From a virus, in IMG/VR virus record IMGVR_UViG_3300009709_000003, positions 64,001 through 128,000 of that record: DNA of 64,000 bases; one strand, written 5' to 3'. Under the pieces are notes generated by a model. The model made no database searches. It was not told the DNA's origin and worked only from the letters and a program-made list of their open reading frames with translations. The position numbers and the translations under genes are program-made. Below are positions 48,304-60,115 of the stretch, one piece after another (the stretch's first letter is position 1; each line of letters opens with the position of its first letter).

Positions 48304-49857
48304 ATGCAAACTCCACTCGTCCCATGTTGTCCTCTATGTGGTAGTGAAACCCCTAAAGTTGTTCATAATGGAGAGAGGTTTAAGTGTAAAGCTTGTGATA
48401 AAACCTTTCTTAAAGAGAAACTTACCTACAAAGAAGTTGTTTATCAACGTGCTCAAGGAAATAAGTTTGTAATTACGTCTGCAGTTAGCGACTCAAAAGC
48501 AGATGTGAATTTTTTGGCAGCTCTGGATAACTATTGCAAGCATAACCATGCGCAATTGTTGATTGTGCCAGTCCCATATCGAAATCCAACCTCAAATACT
48601 GAGCACCCAAACAGGGTATATGATGTAATCTTAAGTAAATATTTCATCCAAAAACCTGTTGAGCTTGGTCACAAACTTATGTTGTTTTCCAATGTTCACA
48701 TTCAGCCTACTGCTAGTCGTCCACTCAGCAGCATGCAATCTTTTGGTGGTGAAAAATCAGCTATCTTCGGTCATCCCAAAGTGGCCGCTGAATTTGTAGC
48801 TACCCGTCTTGGTAAGGAACCCAAGACCGTTCTTACTACAGGTGCCGTAACCAAATCTAGATATGGCGACTCAAAGGCTGGTATTAAGGGCGATTTCCAC
48901 CACGTGATTGGTGCGCTAGTTGTCGAAATTGATGAAGAAGCTTTTCATTGGCGGCATGTGTACGCTAATAAGGATGGGTCTTTTTTTGACGTAGACTTGA
49001 AGTATTTCGCAGACGGCACAGTTTCTAAAATTCTAGAAGTAGCCACCACCAAGAAAGATGCTGAAATCATCTTGACCTGTGGTGATCTGCATGCGGTTAG
49101 AGCAGACCCAGTTGCCCTTGAACAGACCTTTTTTGCAAAAGATAGTATCTTCCACTCGGTGAGGCCATCTGTGGTGATGATTCATGACGGGCTTGATTTT
49201 CAGAGTGCCAGTCATCACAATGGTTTTTTCACTAATATGCGTCTTCACAATAAAGGTGAACGTTCAGTTCAAAAAGAACTTGAGGCCACTTGTGCATTGA
49301 TAGACCGAATTGCCGAGTTGGATCCAAACGTTCAGATTGTGATTGTAGACTCAAACCACCCGCGTCATATGGGTAGATGGCTTGAGAACCTACATAACGC
49401 GCACGACTACGAAAATGCTCTGATTTATCACAAGACCAAGACAGCCTGGATTGAAGCTATTCTAGCGGATAAAGAATTTGACGCTTTTGCATTTTGGGCT
49501 AAACAGCTTCTTAAGCATGGCAACCAAGTTCTATTCTTAGGAAAAAATCAGTCATATGTAAGAAACGGCATAGAATACGCCATCCACGGTGACGTTGGAC
49601 CCAATGGAGCAAGAGGATCAAGACAGGCTTTTGTAAATCTAGGTAATAAGCTGGTCATCGGGCATAGTCACACTCCAGGTATCACAGATGGCGTATTTCA
49701 AGTAGGTACGACATCTCTTAAGGATCTTGGGTACAACCGGGGTTTTTCGAGCTGGTGCCACACACATTGTATTACATACCCAAACGGGAAACGTACACTA
49801 GTGTCGATCATTAATGGGTCTTGGCGCATGCCACGCAGAAAAAGTAGGCATACCTAA
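48304..49857 (+). CDS. T5 A1-like metallophosphoesterase/nuclease with N-terminal Zn ribbon
   Basis: CPLC/CKAC; FVITSA; GDLH; SNH; HGDVGPNGARGS; GHSH; GYNRGFSSW..H...YPNGKR, recalled as the A1-family pattern. Confidence 0.6.
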   Translation: MQTPLVPCCPLCGSETPKVVHNGERFKCKACDKTFLKEKLTYKEVVYQRAQGNKFVITSAVSDSKADVNFLAALDNYCKHNHAQLLIVPVPYRNPTSNTEHPNRVYDVILSKYFIQKPVELGHKLMLFSNVHIQPTASRPLSSMQSFGGEKSAIFGHPKVAAEFVATRLGKEPKTVLTTGAVTKSRYGDSKAGIKGDFHHVIGALVVEIDEEAFHWRHVYANKDGSFFDVDLKYFADGTVSKILEVATTKKDAEIILTCGDLHAVRADPVALEQTFFAKDSIFHSVRPSVVMIHDGLDFQSASHHNGFFTNMRLHNKGERSVQKELEATCALIDRIAELDPNVQIVIVDSNHPRHMGRWLENLHNAHDYENALIYHKTKTAWIEAILADKEFDAFAFWAKQLLKHGNQVLFLGKNQSYVRNGIEYAIHGDVGPNGARGSRQAFVNLGNKLVIGHSHTPGITDGVFQVGTTSLKDLGYNRGFSSWCHTHCITYPNGKRTLVSIINGSWRMPRRKSRHT

Positions 49858-52210
49858 GATAAATTCTTTCGATCATTCTTACTATATAGATGTATGCTTA
49901 CGGTCACACTCCTCATCACACTAGCCGGGAATACCAATTGCGCTCAACAATGTGATGAGGCATGTAAACCTGCTCATCTATTTCGGTATAGATGTGGTGA
50001 CCCTGGTAAGATTATTTGCGTGTGTAGTGACAATACCGTGAAACGAGTATCATGGTATACTTCATCTGGAGCTGAAGATGCGTTCAAGTAGAATTATCCA
50101 AGTCCTGGAAAAGGACACGCAAAAATTGGTTGACTATATTATTTTTAAGACTAACCCACCATTATCGGCTGTTCAAAAGGCGTTTGGTGGTAAAGTTTTG
50201 GACCCGATGTACGGTAGATATGAAATAACCATTCAGAATAAAGATATTATAGAACAATTTCTCAATAAACCTTTACAGCTGAATTCGTTCAGCTATTTCT
50301 TCATGACGAGACAATGAGCAAGAACAAAAATTCACGACGTGGCATGGGTAGTTTTCTAACAGGTGTTCCTAGGGGTCTTCGGTTGCAAATTGAACCTTAC
50401 CTAGAATCTATGAAAAACGGGCCTACTAGTTTGGACGTTTCTAAATCAAAGAATTTTTCGACCAAGTCAGACTCATCGCAACAAAACTCACCAGTAGACG
50501 ATTAAATTTACCATGCAAACTTGGGCAGTACACAATGGACTCGATTTATTCGGGTTCATACAGATAACTTCTATATTCTCTGACCGAGAAATAATGGTTG
50601 CCCTTAATGTACTTTTGCACGCCGCACTTAGACAAACCGATTTCATAGTGAGACGTCGTGAAAATAACGATAATGAAGTCTATGACGTGTTTTTATACCC
50701 CGAACGTGTACACTATTGTACTCTTCGATTGAAATACTGAAAAGAAACAAAAATATAGTATATATGGTTGATGAAAACGTCGTTCGATGTAATATGTGGT
50801 ATACCGAAAAGAAACAAACGTTTCTCTCGAAATAATTCTTTTGTAAAATTATTTATAAAACTAACATGACGACTTCCGTACCAATTCAGAACTTCAATCA
50901 TCCGGATGGGTATGGCTCAATCACCATTTTTTCAAGAGGTGAACGCTTGTGCAGCTATTCAAAACTGCCAGGCATCGACATGAATCAAGAACTTCATATC
51001 CTACATGTGGATGACAAGGTTCATGCTCTACCATTTACGAATTCTTATGTCTGGCTCAGTAAAAACATAAAGTCTCCCGCTAATACCATGGAAGACAATC
51101 AACTTAAATATTTTTTAATAGTATATTGTAAACTCAACACAAATGCTTCTTATTATTTACTAAACAGGAAAATACATGAACAACAGTAATTTTTATTCTA
51201 AGTACTCACATGTCGTCAACGGTAGTGTTCGTAAGGCCACCACCGAAGAAGTAACCACCTACACGTGGGCTCGCCACGGCAGTGTATGTACAATCAAGTG
51301 TGTTGGATGTGGGGTTGAACGTAGTGTCGCTACCCAAGATGCTTGGCAGACCAAACAGTGCGACGACTGTCAACGTAATTCATTGAATCAACGTCGTCGC
51401 GATAAACGCACAGCCAATCGTAAGGCTAAGGAGTCTAACAATGAGTGATATCGAAAATGTAACGGTTAAATTCAGCCCTGGAGCACTCGACAAGATCAAG
51501 GAAGCTTCGGATAAGCTTAAGGCTTCTGCTACAGTGGGCGATGAATCGGCCAAAAAGGAACAAAAGCCTCTTTACACCCTGCAACCAAATGAATTGCCGG
51601 TGTATGACGAGGACAAGCGTCTGGTTGGTGGATTCCCTGGCCAAAGTTTGGCCGGATTTAAGGTGGCTGGTTTCAAAGTAAAGACCGTTAAAGGTTTGGA
51701 ACGAGTGATCCTTACCCTTGAGGCAAACGTTGAGGATATTGGTGCCGGGACCATGGATATTGGTGGAGTACTAAACAGCTTTACCAATCACATGACGACA
51801 GGCATACACACGGGTTTGCGAGTCATGCCATCAACCAATAAGTAAACTATGAAAGTTATATTCATATCTCTCCAGACCGACATTTCCGGGTATGACCTGC
51901 TTGATTCCATATGTGAAAAAGTCAAAGGTAAGTTTAACATTACCCTTGACATGATAAATATACACCATAGGAAGGATAGATGGATCGTATTGTCATCGGT
52001 TATATCTGATGGAGAGTATGAATCTCTTCGATTTAATAAATATTCTGGCGGTTTCAATCTTACATTTGCTGGGACGGACGATAGCGAAAGTTCTATCTAC
52101 ACTCCTTTCGTTATATTCAAATCGGCGTATCCACCGCCACCCTACACCCATGTGGACTTGGCTGACATATACAATAATCACCCACATCATAAATACATAG
52201 ATTAGAAGGT

Positions 52211-52615
52211 ATGTTAGTCCCAACCACACCAGAAAATGAACAAAAAGTCCTCTCAAAATCCGGAAAATATAGGATTTTTATATATGGAACTTTACAAGGG
52301 AACCACGCAAAAGTTACCTGTGACGGCGACATACGGGTCCTCCCGGATGGTTACGCTGCAGTCAGGTTTGATCGTGATGGCATTGTACATGGTGAAGTGA
52401 TGTACGTTGATCAACACGAACTTGGTGAACTCGACAAGCGGGAAGAAAACGGTAAGCCACACTACGAACGAGTTATCGTTCGAATGAACGATGGTTTATA
52501 CGCCTATTCTTATCAATTCAAAGATCATGTATTCCAAGGTAAGACATTTAAAACCTTACCAAAAGTCAAGGGCGGCCACTGGAATTTTAAATACTTAGAA
52601 TCGGGGCATCACTAG
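52211..52615 (+). CDS. Gamma-glutamylcyclotransferase / AIG2-like protein
   Basis: IFIYGTL, VHGEV, LDKREE, YER. Confidence 0.8.
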   Translation: MLVPTTPENEQKVLSKSGKYRIFIYGTLQGNHAKVTCDGDIRVLPDGYAAVRFDRDGIVHGEVMYVDQHELGELDKREENGKPHYERVIVRMNDGLYAYSYQFKDHVFQGKTFKTLPKVKGGHWNFKYLESGHH

Positions 52616-52661
52616 CACTATATACGTACGAACATAAGGAAAATAGTACGGAAAGCTTCCC

Positions 52662-53528
52662 ATGCCCATCACCAAACCGTTTTTAGCCTACACCATCACA
52701 GATACTGCAAAACTTAAATATCCAGTTCTTTGTACTCCGAAACTCGACGGCATTCGATGCGTTAAAGTAGGCGGCAAAGCCCTAAGTCGTAGTTTTAAAC
52801 CTATTCCCAATAGGTTTATTAGAGATTGGATTGAGACAAATGTGCCGGATGGTTGTGACGGTGAAATTATGGTTGGGGACAATTTCCAAGCCGTAACCAG
52901 TGGGGTCATGTCTCATGACGGAGAGCCGGAATTCACTTACGTGATTTTTGACTATGTTACAGATCTTAATAGGCCGTATGAAGAAAGGGTAAAAGACATG
53001 GATAATTTACCTTTGCTTAACCACGCTAGGATTTTATATCCTGTCTATGTGAAAAACGAAAAAGAGTTGTTGGAGTTCGAATCTGGGTGTTTGTCTGCTG
53101 GATATGAGGGTATTATTGTGAGATCTGCAGACGGCTTTTATAAATGCGGCCGTTCTACCAGCAAAGAAGGAGGAATGGGCAAACTGAAGCGTTTCTCAGA
53201 TTCCGAAGCTGAAGTTATTGGGTTTGAAGAACTAACCATCAATCAAAATGATCAGACTCGTGATGCGTTAGGATATGCAGAACGTTCTACCGCAAAAGAA
53301 GGCATGGTTAAGGGCGGGACGCTTGGTAATCTCCTGGTGCGTGACATCCACACAAAAATTGAATTTAGTTTGGGTAGTGGATTAAATGATGCTATTCGTG
53401 ATCAGATTTGGAACAATCAAGAAAGCTATATAGGACAACTCGTTAAGTATAAATATTTTGCCTTTGGCATGAAAGATAAGGTTAGGTTTCCAGTATTTAT
53501 TGGATTTCGTCATACGGATGACTTATGA
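52662..53528 (+). CDS. ATP-dependent DNA ligase (minimal type)
   Basis: PKLDGIR, DGE, FD, EGIIVR, KLK, RFPVF. Confidence 0.93.
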   Translation: MPITKPFLAYTITDTAKLKYPVLCTPKLDGIRCVKVGGKALSRSFKPIPNRFIRDWIETNVPDGCDGEIMVGDNFQAVTSGVMSHDGEPEFTYVIFDYVTDLNRPYEERVKDMDNLPLLNHARILYPVYVKNEKELLEFESGCLSAGYEGIIVRSADGFYKCGRSTSKEGGMGKLKRFSDSEAEVIGFEELTINQNDQTRDALGYAERSTAKEGMVKGGTLGNLLVRDIHTKIEFSLGSGLNDAIRDQIWNNQESYIGQLVKYKYFAFGMKDKVRFPVFIGFRHTDDL

Positions 53529-54346
53529 ACACGCAAACATCACAATCTAGGCGACTTACTCATTATCCTGTTTGTGATACGATGGATCAAGCCCAAATTA
53601 TTGAGGCTCTTGATAAATGGCGCTCCACCAACGATGTTAGATATAGAGACAAAATTCTGGCCGCATATCAAGGTGTAGTTGTTCAGATTGCGAATAGATT
53701 ACACAGACAAGGACATCTTACCAAAGAAGATCTTGTACAAGAGGGGTTTATAGCTCTTCTATATGCGGTCAATCGATATGATCCATCTAGAGGCACTAAA
53801 TTCATGTCTTATGCATGGGCCTGCATTCAAGGCTACATGTATGTTGCTATAAACCGTGCAGTACTTATTCGGTACACCATGTCCAATGAGAGACAGAAGA
53901 TATTTTGGAAACTGCCAGGTTTGTTGTCGATGATGGATAATCACCATGACAAGGCAAATGTGCGTGAGACATTTGCCAAACAACATGATGTTGCGTTGAA
54001 AGATATAGAATACATGGAGGAATGGTATACTAATACTTGTGTAACTTCTGAAATAGAGAATGTCTCTCGCGACAAGCCATCTAATATCGAAAATTCACTA
54101 CAGAGTGAGGATTTGTACAAGATAGCAAAGAAAGCTTGGTACACCAACAATTGCGTAAGAAAAGTAGACGTATACTGGGACGTGTATGCCAGCATAGCCA
54201 AAGGTGCAACTCGCAAAGATATATGTGCTAAATATGGATATACGAGAGAAAGTATTCGTCAGATTCTTCTCCGTGTCACCGCTCACATTGAAAAAACTAT
54301 ATCAAAAGAACAAGAACCGCCATTTGTCTCAACAGATAGACAGTAG
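53525..54346 (+). CDS. Sigma-70-family sigma factor (RpoH/FliA-like)
   Basis: EDLVQEGFIALLYAVNRYDPSRGTKFMSYA; region 4 YGYTRESIRQI. Confidence 0.88.
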   Translation: MNTQTSQSRRLTHYPVCDTMDQAQIIEALDKWRSTNDVRYRDKILAAYQGVVVQIANRLHRQGHLTKEDLVQEGFIALLYAVNRYDPSRGTKFMSYAWACIQGYMYVAINRAVLIRYTMSNERQKIFWKLPGLLSMMDNHHDKANVRETFAKQHDVALKDIEYMEEWYTNTCVTSEIENVSRDKPSNIENSLQSEDLYKIAKKAWYTNNCVRKVDVYWDVYASIAKGATRKDICAKYGYTRESIRQILLRVTAHIEKTISKEQEPPFVSTDRQ

Positions 54347-55320
54347 GAGTAGTAGATGGAAGTCGGTTTTAACATAACAGTTAATTTAGACACCGGGGAC
54401 TACGAAGTCAAGGTAAATAACCTCTCCAATCCTGGGGAACCCATGGAATGGAACAAAGTTAAACGGGCTCTTGATGCAGTGTTGGGTGACTTCAACAAGT
54501 CTAAAGACGAATTAATGGTGGAACAATGACACCTACTGAAGAGATGGACAAACTAAAACAGTTTGTAAAACGTGCAGATGAATATTGCGAGCAATTTGAT
54601 AAATCGCCCATGTACGTAGCAGGGGACGGTTTTGATGACTACGGCCCATTTCTTGATATTTTTACCAACAACTACGTTTTTAGACTTAGGAACGCTTCCA
54701 CCACCATAGAAACCATGATGGTTGCTCAAAAGTTTCATGGTGTATGTATTGAAAATCCTCCTCATGTAGATGGTAAAGATCGTCCAAAACCCTACACTAA
54801 CCTTTTCTTTGCCAATCCGGCAGATTTAGTTATCTACACTAGATAATTGGAGACATCATGATCCTAAATGGCTCTTACATCATGTACTATGACCCGCTTG
54901 ATGCTCATCATACTATTATGAAGCAACAGAGGTATCAAGATAAGTTGCGCACAAGGGACTATTTCAAATTGGTAGTTTGGTCAGGAGGGGTGGAAATTAT
55001 TCAATGTGTGGACGGGGTTGAGCGTTTTCTACAACATTCGAATGAAGGTAAAAGCCCCGTAACCTTTACACCAAGACCAATCGCATTGCCAGAGTGGAAC
55101 AAATTAATGCGCAAGCTAGACATCGAATTGGATTTTGAGGATCTATCAAAGCTTCTTTTTTGAAGCCTTTATCATTGCTTGCATTCTTACATTGATATCA
55201 TCCATCTGTTTAATCAAATCTCTTATGTTGTCTTTACAAACTTGTAAACGTTGTTTAGAGGTTTGCTTAAATTCTTCCACATCTACTGCTTCTGCCAAAT
55301 GGCTTGTTTTAGACGACATT

Positions 55321-55605
55321 TTATCCCCTTACGTTATGAACTACCACATAGTCTTTTAGAGACTGAATTACAATAGTCATGCTAGTCATGGCTCTGTTAT
55401 GTTCGTCTGTCATTTCTAAGACATCACGATTGATTTCTTTTATGAGTTCCATTTGAGATTTTTGAATATCATATATTCTATTCTGCAAAGCGATGATATG
55501 TTTCCACATAACACCAATCGCAATACATAAACCGACGATAATTAAAATGATTAGGGTCCAACCAGGACCGAACTTTGTAAATTCAGCTACTATGTCGCCT
55601 ATCAT
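55321..55605 (-). CDS. Single-TM plus coiled-coil protein (possible holin)
   Basis: One transmembrane helix then a charged coiled coil. Confidence 0.4.
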   Translation of the reverse strand: MIGDIVAEFTKFGPGWTLIILIIVGLCIAIGVMWKHIIALQNRIYDIQKSQMELIKEINRDVLEMTDEHNRAMTSMTIVIQSLKDYVVVHNVRG

Positions 55606-55617
55606 ATGAAACTACCT

Positions 55618-57021
55618 TCAACTGGGCATCGACTCAAGTTCTGGTTTTGCGCCCAATTCTGGTTGATGCTCACCCTCAGGTTTTTTCTCAAGATCTTCTA
55701 AAGCTTTAGAAGTATTTTCTAGGGTGGTGCTGACTTCGCTACGCAATGCTTCATCGTTATTCTGCATGGTAGCATCTTGCAAGATATCTTGCAATTCTTG
55801 CAACATTTGCTGAAACAAGGCTAACTTCTCTTGAAGTTTATCTTGTTCCATTTGACTAACCTTAGGAATAGTTGGTTTTGGCAAAGACGTAAGATTCTTG
55901 GTCTTACGTTTCATTTTGCGATCCATCTTTTGTTGTGGGGTAAGAGTCTTTTTACCGGCATCGCGTTGACCCTCTGCGTACCAAAACTCCTCCCAATCAT
56001 TGATTTGAGAATTTTGTAGGGCAGTTTGCGCTTGTTTTACTGTACCATCAAACACGCGCCAAGATCCTACACGACTAATAAATCCACTATCTAGAGATCT
56101 AACACCTTCTAGACCCAATTTACCTCCATCGATTGTACGAACAGTAAAACGGTCGGGTGAGATCTCACTAACTTGCCAGAAACGTGTGTCGTTATGAGAA
56201 GCCACAACCATACGACCGTTGTGTTTACGCAACGCGGTCATCATCTTTAAATGATCGTCCGTCGTCCCCTCGTGCATATCATCCCATTCTGGCACTTCTA
56301 CTTGGTCTTCCAAACGAGAAGTAGTAACTTCTGGCTCAAATTCCTCGCAAGCCTGAATCATGGGACCACTATCACAAGCTTCCAGATCTAGACCATTCCC
56401 CATAGGGGCTTCAAGGGTCATTTCCGGATCCATCTCTTTTGGTGCACTTAATTCGGGTTCCATCATCAATTCAAGCATATCAGGTGGAAGTTCTTCAACT
56501 CCACTATCAGTTTGGACCGAAATGGCAGATGGCGCAAGCACGATAATATCACCAGTGGCTACTTTACCATTATTGGGGAACTTAACTCGCGACCCTACTT
56601 TGAGTGGATTCCCGAATCGGTCAGACACCTTTTGTACGGAGGCAGTACGGTTCTGTGAAACCTTTTTATGCTCCTCTTTACGGACCAGGAACATACCGTC
56701 GTCATCGGAAATCATTTCCCATAGGTAATGGGCAGATCGCCAAAAGCCCGTTCCAGCCGATTGAAAATTAGACGGCACGTCTGCAACAGAGGCAACTTTG
56801 ATGCGGGTGGGCTGATCGTCTTTAGTCTCCGAAGCCTGTTTAACAACTACAGGTGTAGAGGTTGGGGCGGTTTTAGATTTAGACTCCAAGAAACGGCTAG
56901 CGATACGAACAATGCCATCATTATCAATAGCAGAAGAATCAAAATTTTTAGATACAGTATTGGCGTTTTTCTTGTGGTCCACTTGTAGACTCCTCACGTG
57001 ACTTAGTAGATAATCGACCAT
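55618..57021 (-). CDS. Hypothetical, possibly virion-associated protein
   Basis: 467 aa with recurring K/R-x-A/S motifs. Confidence 0.55.
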   Translation of the reverse strand: MVDYLLSHVRSLQVDHKKNANTVSKNFDSSAIDNDGIVRIASRFLESKSKTAPTSTPVVVKQASETKDDQPTRIKVASVADVPSNFQSAGTGFWRSAHYLWEMISDDDGMFLVRKEEHKKVSQNRTASVQKVSDRFGNPLKVGSRVKFPNNGKVATGDIIVLAPSAISVQTDSGVEELPPDMLELMMEPELSAPKEMDPEMTLEAPMGNGLDLEACDSGPMIQACEEFEPEVTTSRLEDQVEVPEWDDMHEGTTDDHLKMMTALRKHNGRMVVASHNDTRFWQVSEISPDRFTVRTIDGGKLGLEGVRSLDSGFISRVGSWRVFDGTVKQAQTALQNSQINDWEEFWYAEGQRDAGKKTLTPQQKMDRKMKRKTKNLTSLPKPTIPKVSQMEQDKLQEKLALFQQMLQELQDILQDATMQNNDEALRSEVSTTLENTSKALEDLEKKPEGEHQPELGAKPELESMPS

Positions 57022-57278
57022 TACCTAAAAATAGCAACAGGGTATTAACAAACAATACAGGTATCGGAGATACACTATTATGGCAGAAGTTAGGATTAAA
57101 CTTAAAAAGAAATTTTCAAACGATGGAACAGAGTATTACATCGGCAACTGTGATCTAGAGCTGAACTTAGCCGACACCGTTATCATGGTATACCCAAACG
57201 ACGATGATAAGGGTGCGACACTCATTGTACGTGTCTACAATGAGGACATGCGTAAAACTGCTGGCCACGATCCAGAAA

Positions 57279-58484
57279 ATGATTGATCAAAATTTTGCAG
57301 ATTTCATACGTCTGGCACCCAAAGCTGATTTGCATCAGCATCTCGGTGGCTCTATTCGTTTGAGCACAATATTGGATCTGGCTGAACGTAATCGTATAAA
57401 ACTGCCCTATCAAACTATAGATGGGCTACAACAGAATGTATTTAAGCGACAATATGACTCATTGGCAGAGTACTTAGAATGTTTCAAATACACCAGTCTG
57501 GTAAGTCAAACCGGAGAAGCTCTTACTCGCATCGGATACGAATCCGTAGTTGACAATTATGCAGATGGAGTTACCCACCTAGAACTTAGATTTGCACCAC
57601 ATTTGCACGTTTCTCATAAAGATGGCGTTATAGATGCAATCAAATCAGTGTATGAGGGGATGAAATTAGCTGCAGATGAGATAAACGCGTCGAATCCAAA
57701 AATACCATTTAACTTTGGTATTATATGTATTGCCATGCGACACGTAACTCCAGAGAGTAGTCCATACTTTCATAGACTTGGCACGACACTAACTCTACAG
57801 GAAGCTTCCTTAAATTTGGTCCATACCGCCACATATCTCAAGTCAAGGAAACTTTACAATGTGGTTGGCTTTGATTTGGCGGGTCCTGAAAATACATTTC
57901 CTGCTAAAACGCATGCAAAGGCGTTTAGACATGCTTTTGAAAGTTTTCTTGGGACCACCGTGCACGCCGGAGAGGCATACGGGCCAGAATCTATTTATCA
58001 AGCAATCACCGATCTCTGTACAACCCGCATTGGGCATGGAACAAACCTATTGCGCACAGACATGATTAAAAAGTTCTCTAAACAAGAAGATAAACAATCC
58101 TATGTAGACGGATTGGTAGAGACCCTATCTAACAGGCGTATTCCTATAGAGATATGTTTGACCAGCAATATGATGGTAAATCCTGTAATGTGGGATAACC
58201 CTACCACTCATCCAATGAAAAATTTTATGGATAAGGGTCTAGCTTGCGTGTTGGCTACAGATAACAGAACAGTATGCAACACTACTCTAAGTAAAGAGTT
58301 CATGTTGGCTAAGGAAACATTTAACTTGTCTCTACAAGATGTAAAGAAACTTGTAATTCGAGGATTTAAACACGGATTTTACGCCGAACCCTATGTAGAA
58401 AAACGGGACTACGTGCGAAAAGTTATCGATGTTTATGAAGATTTGGAACTGAAATATTTTGGTGTGGTAAGTCCACGATATTAA
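57279..58484 (+). CDS. add: Adenosine deaminase
   Basis: DLHQHLGGS, ELRFAP, GFDLAGPE, HAGE, RIGHG, EICLTSN, TDN. Confidence 0.9.
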   Translation: MIDQNFADFIRLAPKADLHQHLGGSIRLSTILDLAERNRIKLPYQTIDGLQQNVFKRQYDSLAEYLECFKYTSLVSQTGEALTRIGYESVVDNYADGVTHLELRFAPHLHVSHKDGVIDAIKSVYEGMKLAADEINASNPKIPFNFGIICIAMRHVTPESSPYFHRLGTTLTLQEASLNLVHTATYLKSRKLYNVVGFDLAGPENTFPAKTHAKAFRHAFESFLGTTVHAGEAYGPESIYQAITDLCTTRIGHGTNLLRTDMIKKFSKQEDKQSYVDGLVETLSNRRIPIEICLTSNMMVNPVMWDNPTTHPMKNFMDKGLACVLATDNRTVCNTTLSKEFMLAKETFNLSLQDVKKLVIRGFKHGFYAEPYVEKRDYVRKVIDVYEDLELKYFGVVSPRY

Positions 58485-58646
58485 TCAAACTTTCCAGGTA
58501 ACACTGACTGGATGTGCGTCTAGCACCCGTTTAGCCTCCTTCTTACATTTAGGACAAACGGTATTAGACTTATAATCTTTCAGAGGCCGGTCCTCAGTAA
58601 ATTGCTGTTTACACTTATCATTTGTGCATTCATAACTATATCGCAT
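58485..58646 (-). CDS. FmdB-like zinc-ribbon protein (53 aa, not in ORF track)
   Basis: MRYSYECTNDKC...F...CPKCKKEAKRV. Confidence 0.65.
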   Translation of the reverse strand: MRYSYECTNDKCKQQFTEDRPLKDYKSNTVCPKCKKEAKRVLDAHPVSVTWKV

Positions 58647-58831
58647 GACTGTCTCCTGTCATTCTATTAAACTTGCCCGTGGCCATAGTGTGCACCAACT
58701 TAAGAGTCCAAAGACTCATAGGACAAGGAATTGTATCATTGTCCGCAAATTTTTTATTCCAATTTGGGATAAGCTCCATAATTAGAGCATTCTTTTCAGC
58801 AGTGCCATTATCAATGGCTTGTTGAATCTCA

Positions 58832-60115
58832 TCAAGCATTATCCGGTGTTCGGGTGATATCATCGGTTTTCCAGGTTGAGTGTTCGACCAAATAATCCAC
58901 AATCCAATTAATGTAGACACCCATGTCAACTGTAGATGGAGTAACTGCAACTTTATCTTTGCTGGAGGTTGGATAGGGTATAGAAAAAAGCACCCCCAAA
59001 TTCCAAAGTTTAAATGTGATATCGCATACATCCAACATGCGCAACTTTTCAGTTTCTAGTTCGTCGGCCTTAATCGTACCCGCTGCAAGAGATCGATTAG
59101 CCAACATCTGTACATATTCCTCAGACACAGGCGCGGATAATTTTACAACTTGGCGCACCTTATCAATAACGGTGTTCTTTTTATACTGCACCTCGGCGGT
59201 TTCCATTTGCTGAAGTGCGTTCGTTGTCAAAACTTCCCGCCAAATCTTAAGGTTATCATACCCAGCAGTAATGGCCAATTCGTCGTCAACTGGTTGTGGT
59301 TCGCAAGTAAATGTATGGTTTACCGTTACTTCGAGCGTTAATTGGTCCAATCCAATAGTTTTAGCAAATTCATTGTCCTCAAGCAAAAACATATCTCCGG
59401 ACTTTTGGCCTACCAGAACTTTTAGTAGAGAAGGTGGGCGCATATAACCTTCCAACATGCGCAGTTTCACACTTGATTCACGAAGTTCAACTACTTCATT
59501 ACCATTTGTAAAAGCTCGCACAGAAACTTCTACGGAGTCGCCAATCTCTGCCGGCAAAGAATTGCCTGCCTCATCGGTTTTGGTACGCAGAATTGGATTT
59601 GAAATCGAAAAATTGTGTGTGGCTTTATCTACTACTGCATCCACATCCAAATGTGGTAAAGATGGCAAAATAAATTGTGACATGTCAATTGGCTCCATAC
59701 TAGGGATAACCATTAAGTCACAAGTTACCTGCCAAGATTGATCATCCAATTTGCTAGCCATATGATGTGAAGTATACAACATCCGATATGGGGATTGCAA
59801 CTTCAATTCATTATCCACAAGAGATGCAAATGTTTCCCCATACACTTTCTCTGCTCCTCCCAAACGTTTTTCAAGCAAATGGCGATTAACACCCTTTCCA
59901 TTTCTAAAACCAGGAACAGAGGATTGCTTGAGGCTTTTAGCTGCAGTTTTTTCAATTTTAGTGGAAATTGCTTTACCAATTTTAACTTTAACCGCAAACA
60001 AGGCACCATCTACATGGGTACCAGTCAAATCGAATTGATCATTCTTAAAATGGAAGTTTTCCATTGGCTTTTGCCTATGAAATTGTGAAATATCTTTTCG
60101 ATCAAAATCTTGCAT
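58832..60115 (-). CDS. tig: Trigger factor-like chaperone
   Basis: Ribosome-binding loop-like VPGFRNGK; PAEIGDSVEV FKBP-like domain; DDELA. Confidence 0.8.
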   Translation of the reverse strand: MQDFDRKDISQFHRQKPMENFHFKNDQFDLTGTHVDGALFAVKVKIGKAISTKIEKTAAKSLKQSSVPGFRNGKGVNRHLLEKRLGGAEKVYGETFASLVDNELKLQSPYRMLYTSHHMASKLDDQSWQVTCDLMVIPSMEPIDMSQFILPSLPHLDVDAVVDKATHNFSISNPILRTKTDEAGNSLPAEIGDSVEVSVRAFTNGNEVVELRESSVKLRMLEGYMRPPSLLKVLVGQKSGDMFLLEDNEFAKTIGLDQLTLEVTVNHTFTCEPQPVDDELAITAGYDNLKIWREVLTTNALQQMETAEVQYKKNTVIDKVRQVVKLSAPVSEEYVQMLANRSLAAGTIKADELETEKLRMLDVCDITFKLWNLGVLFSIPYPTSSKDKVAVTPSTVDMGVYINWIVDYLVEHSTWKTDDITRTPDNA

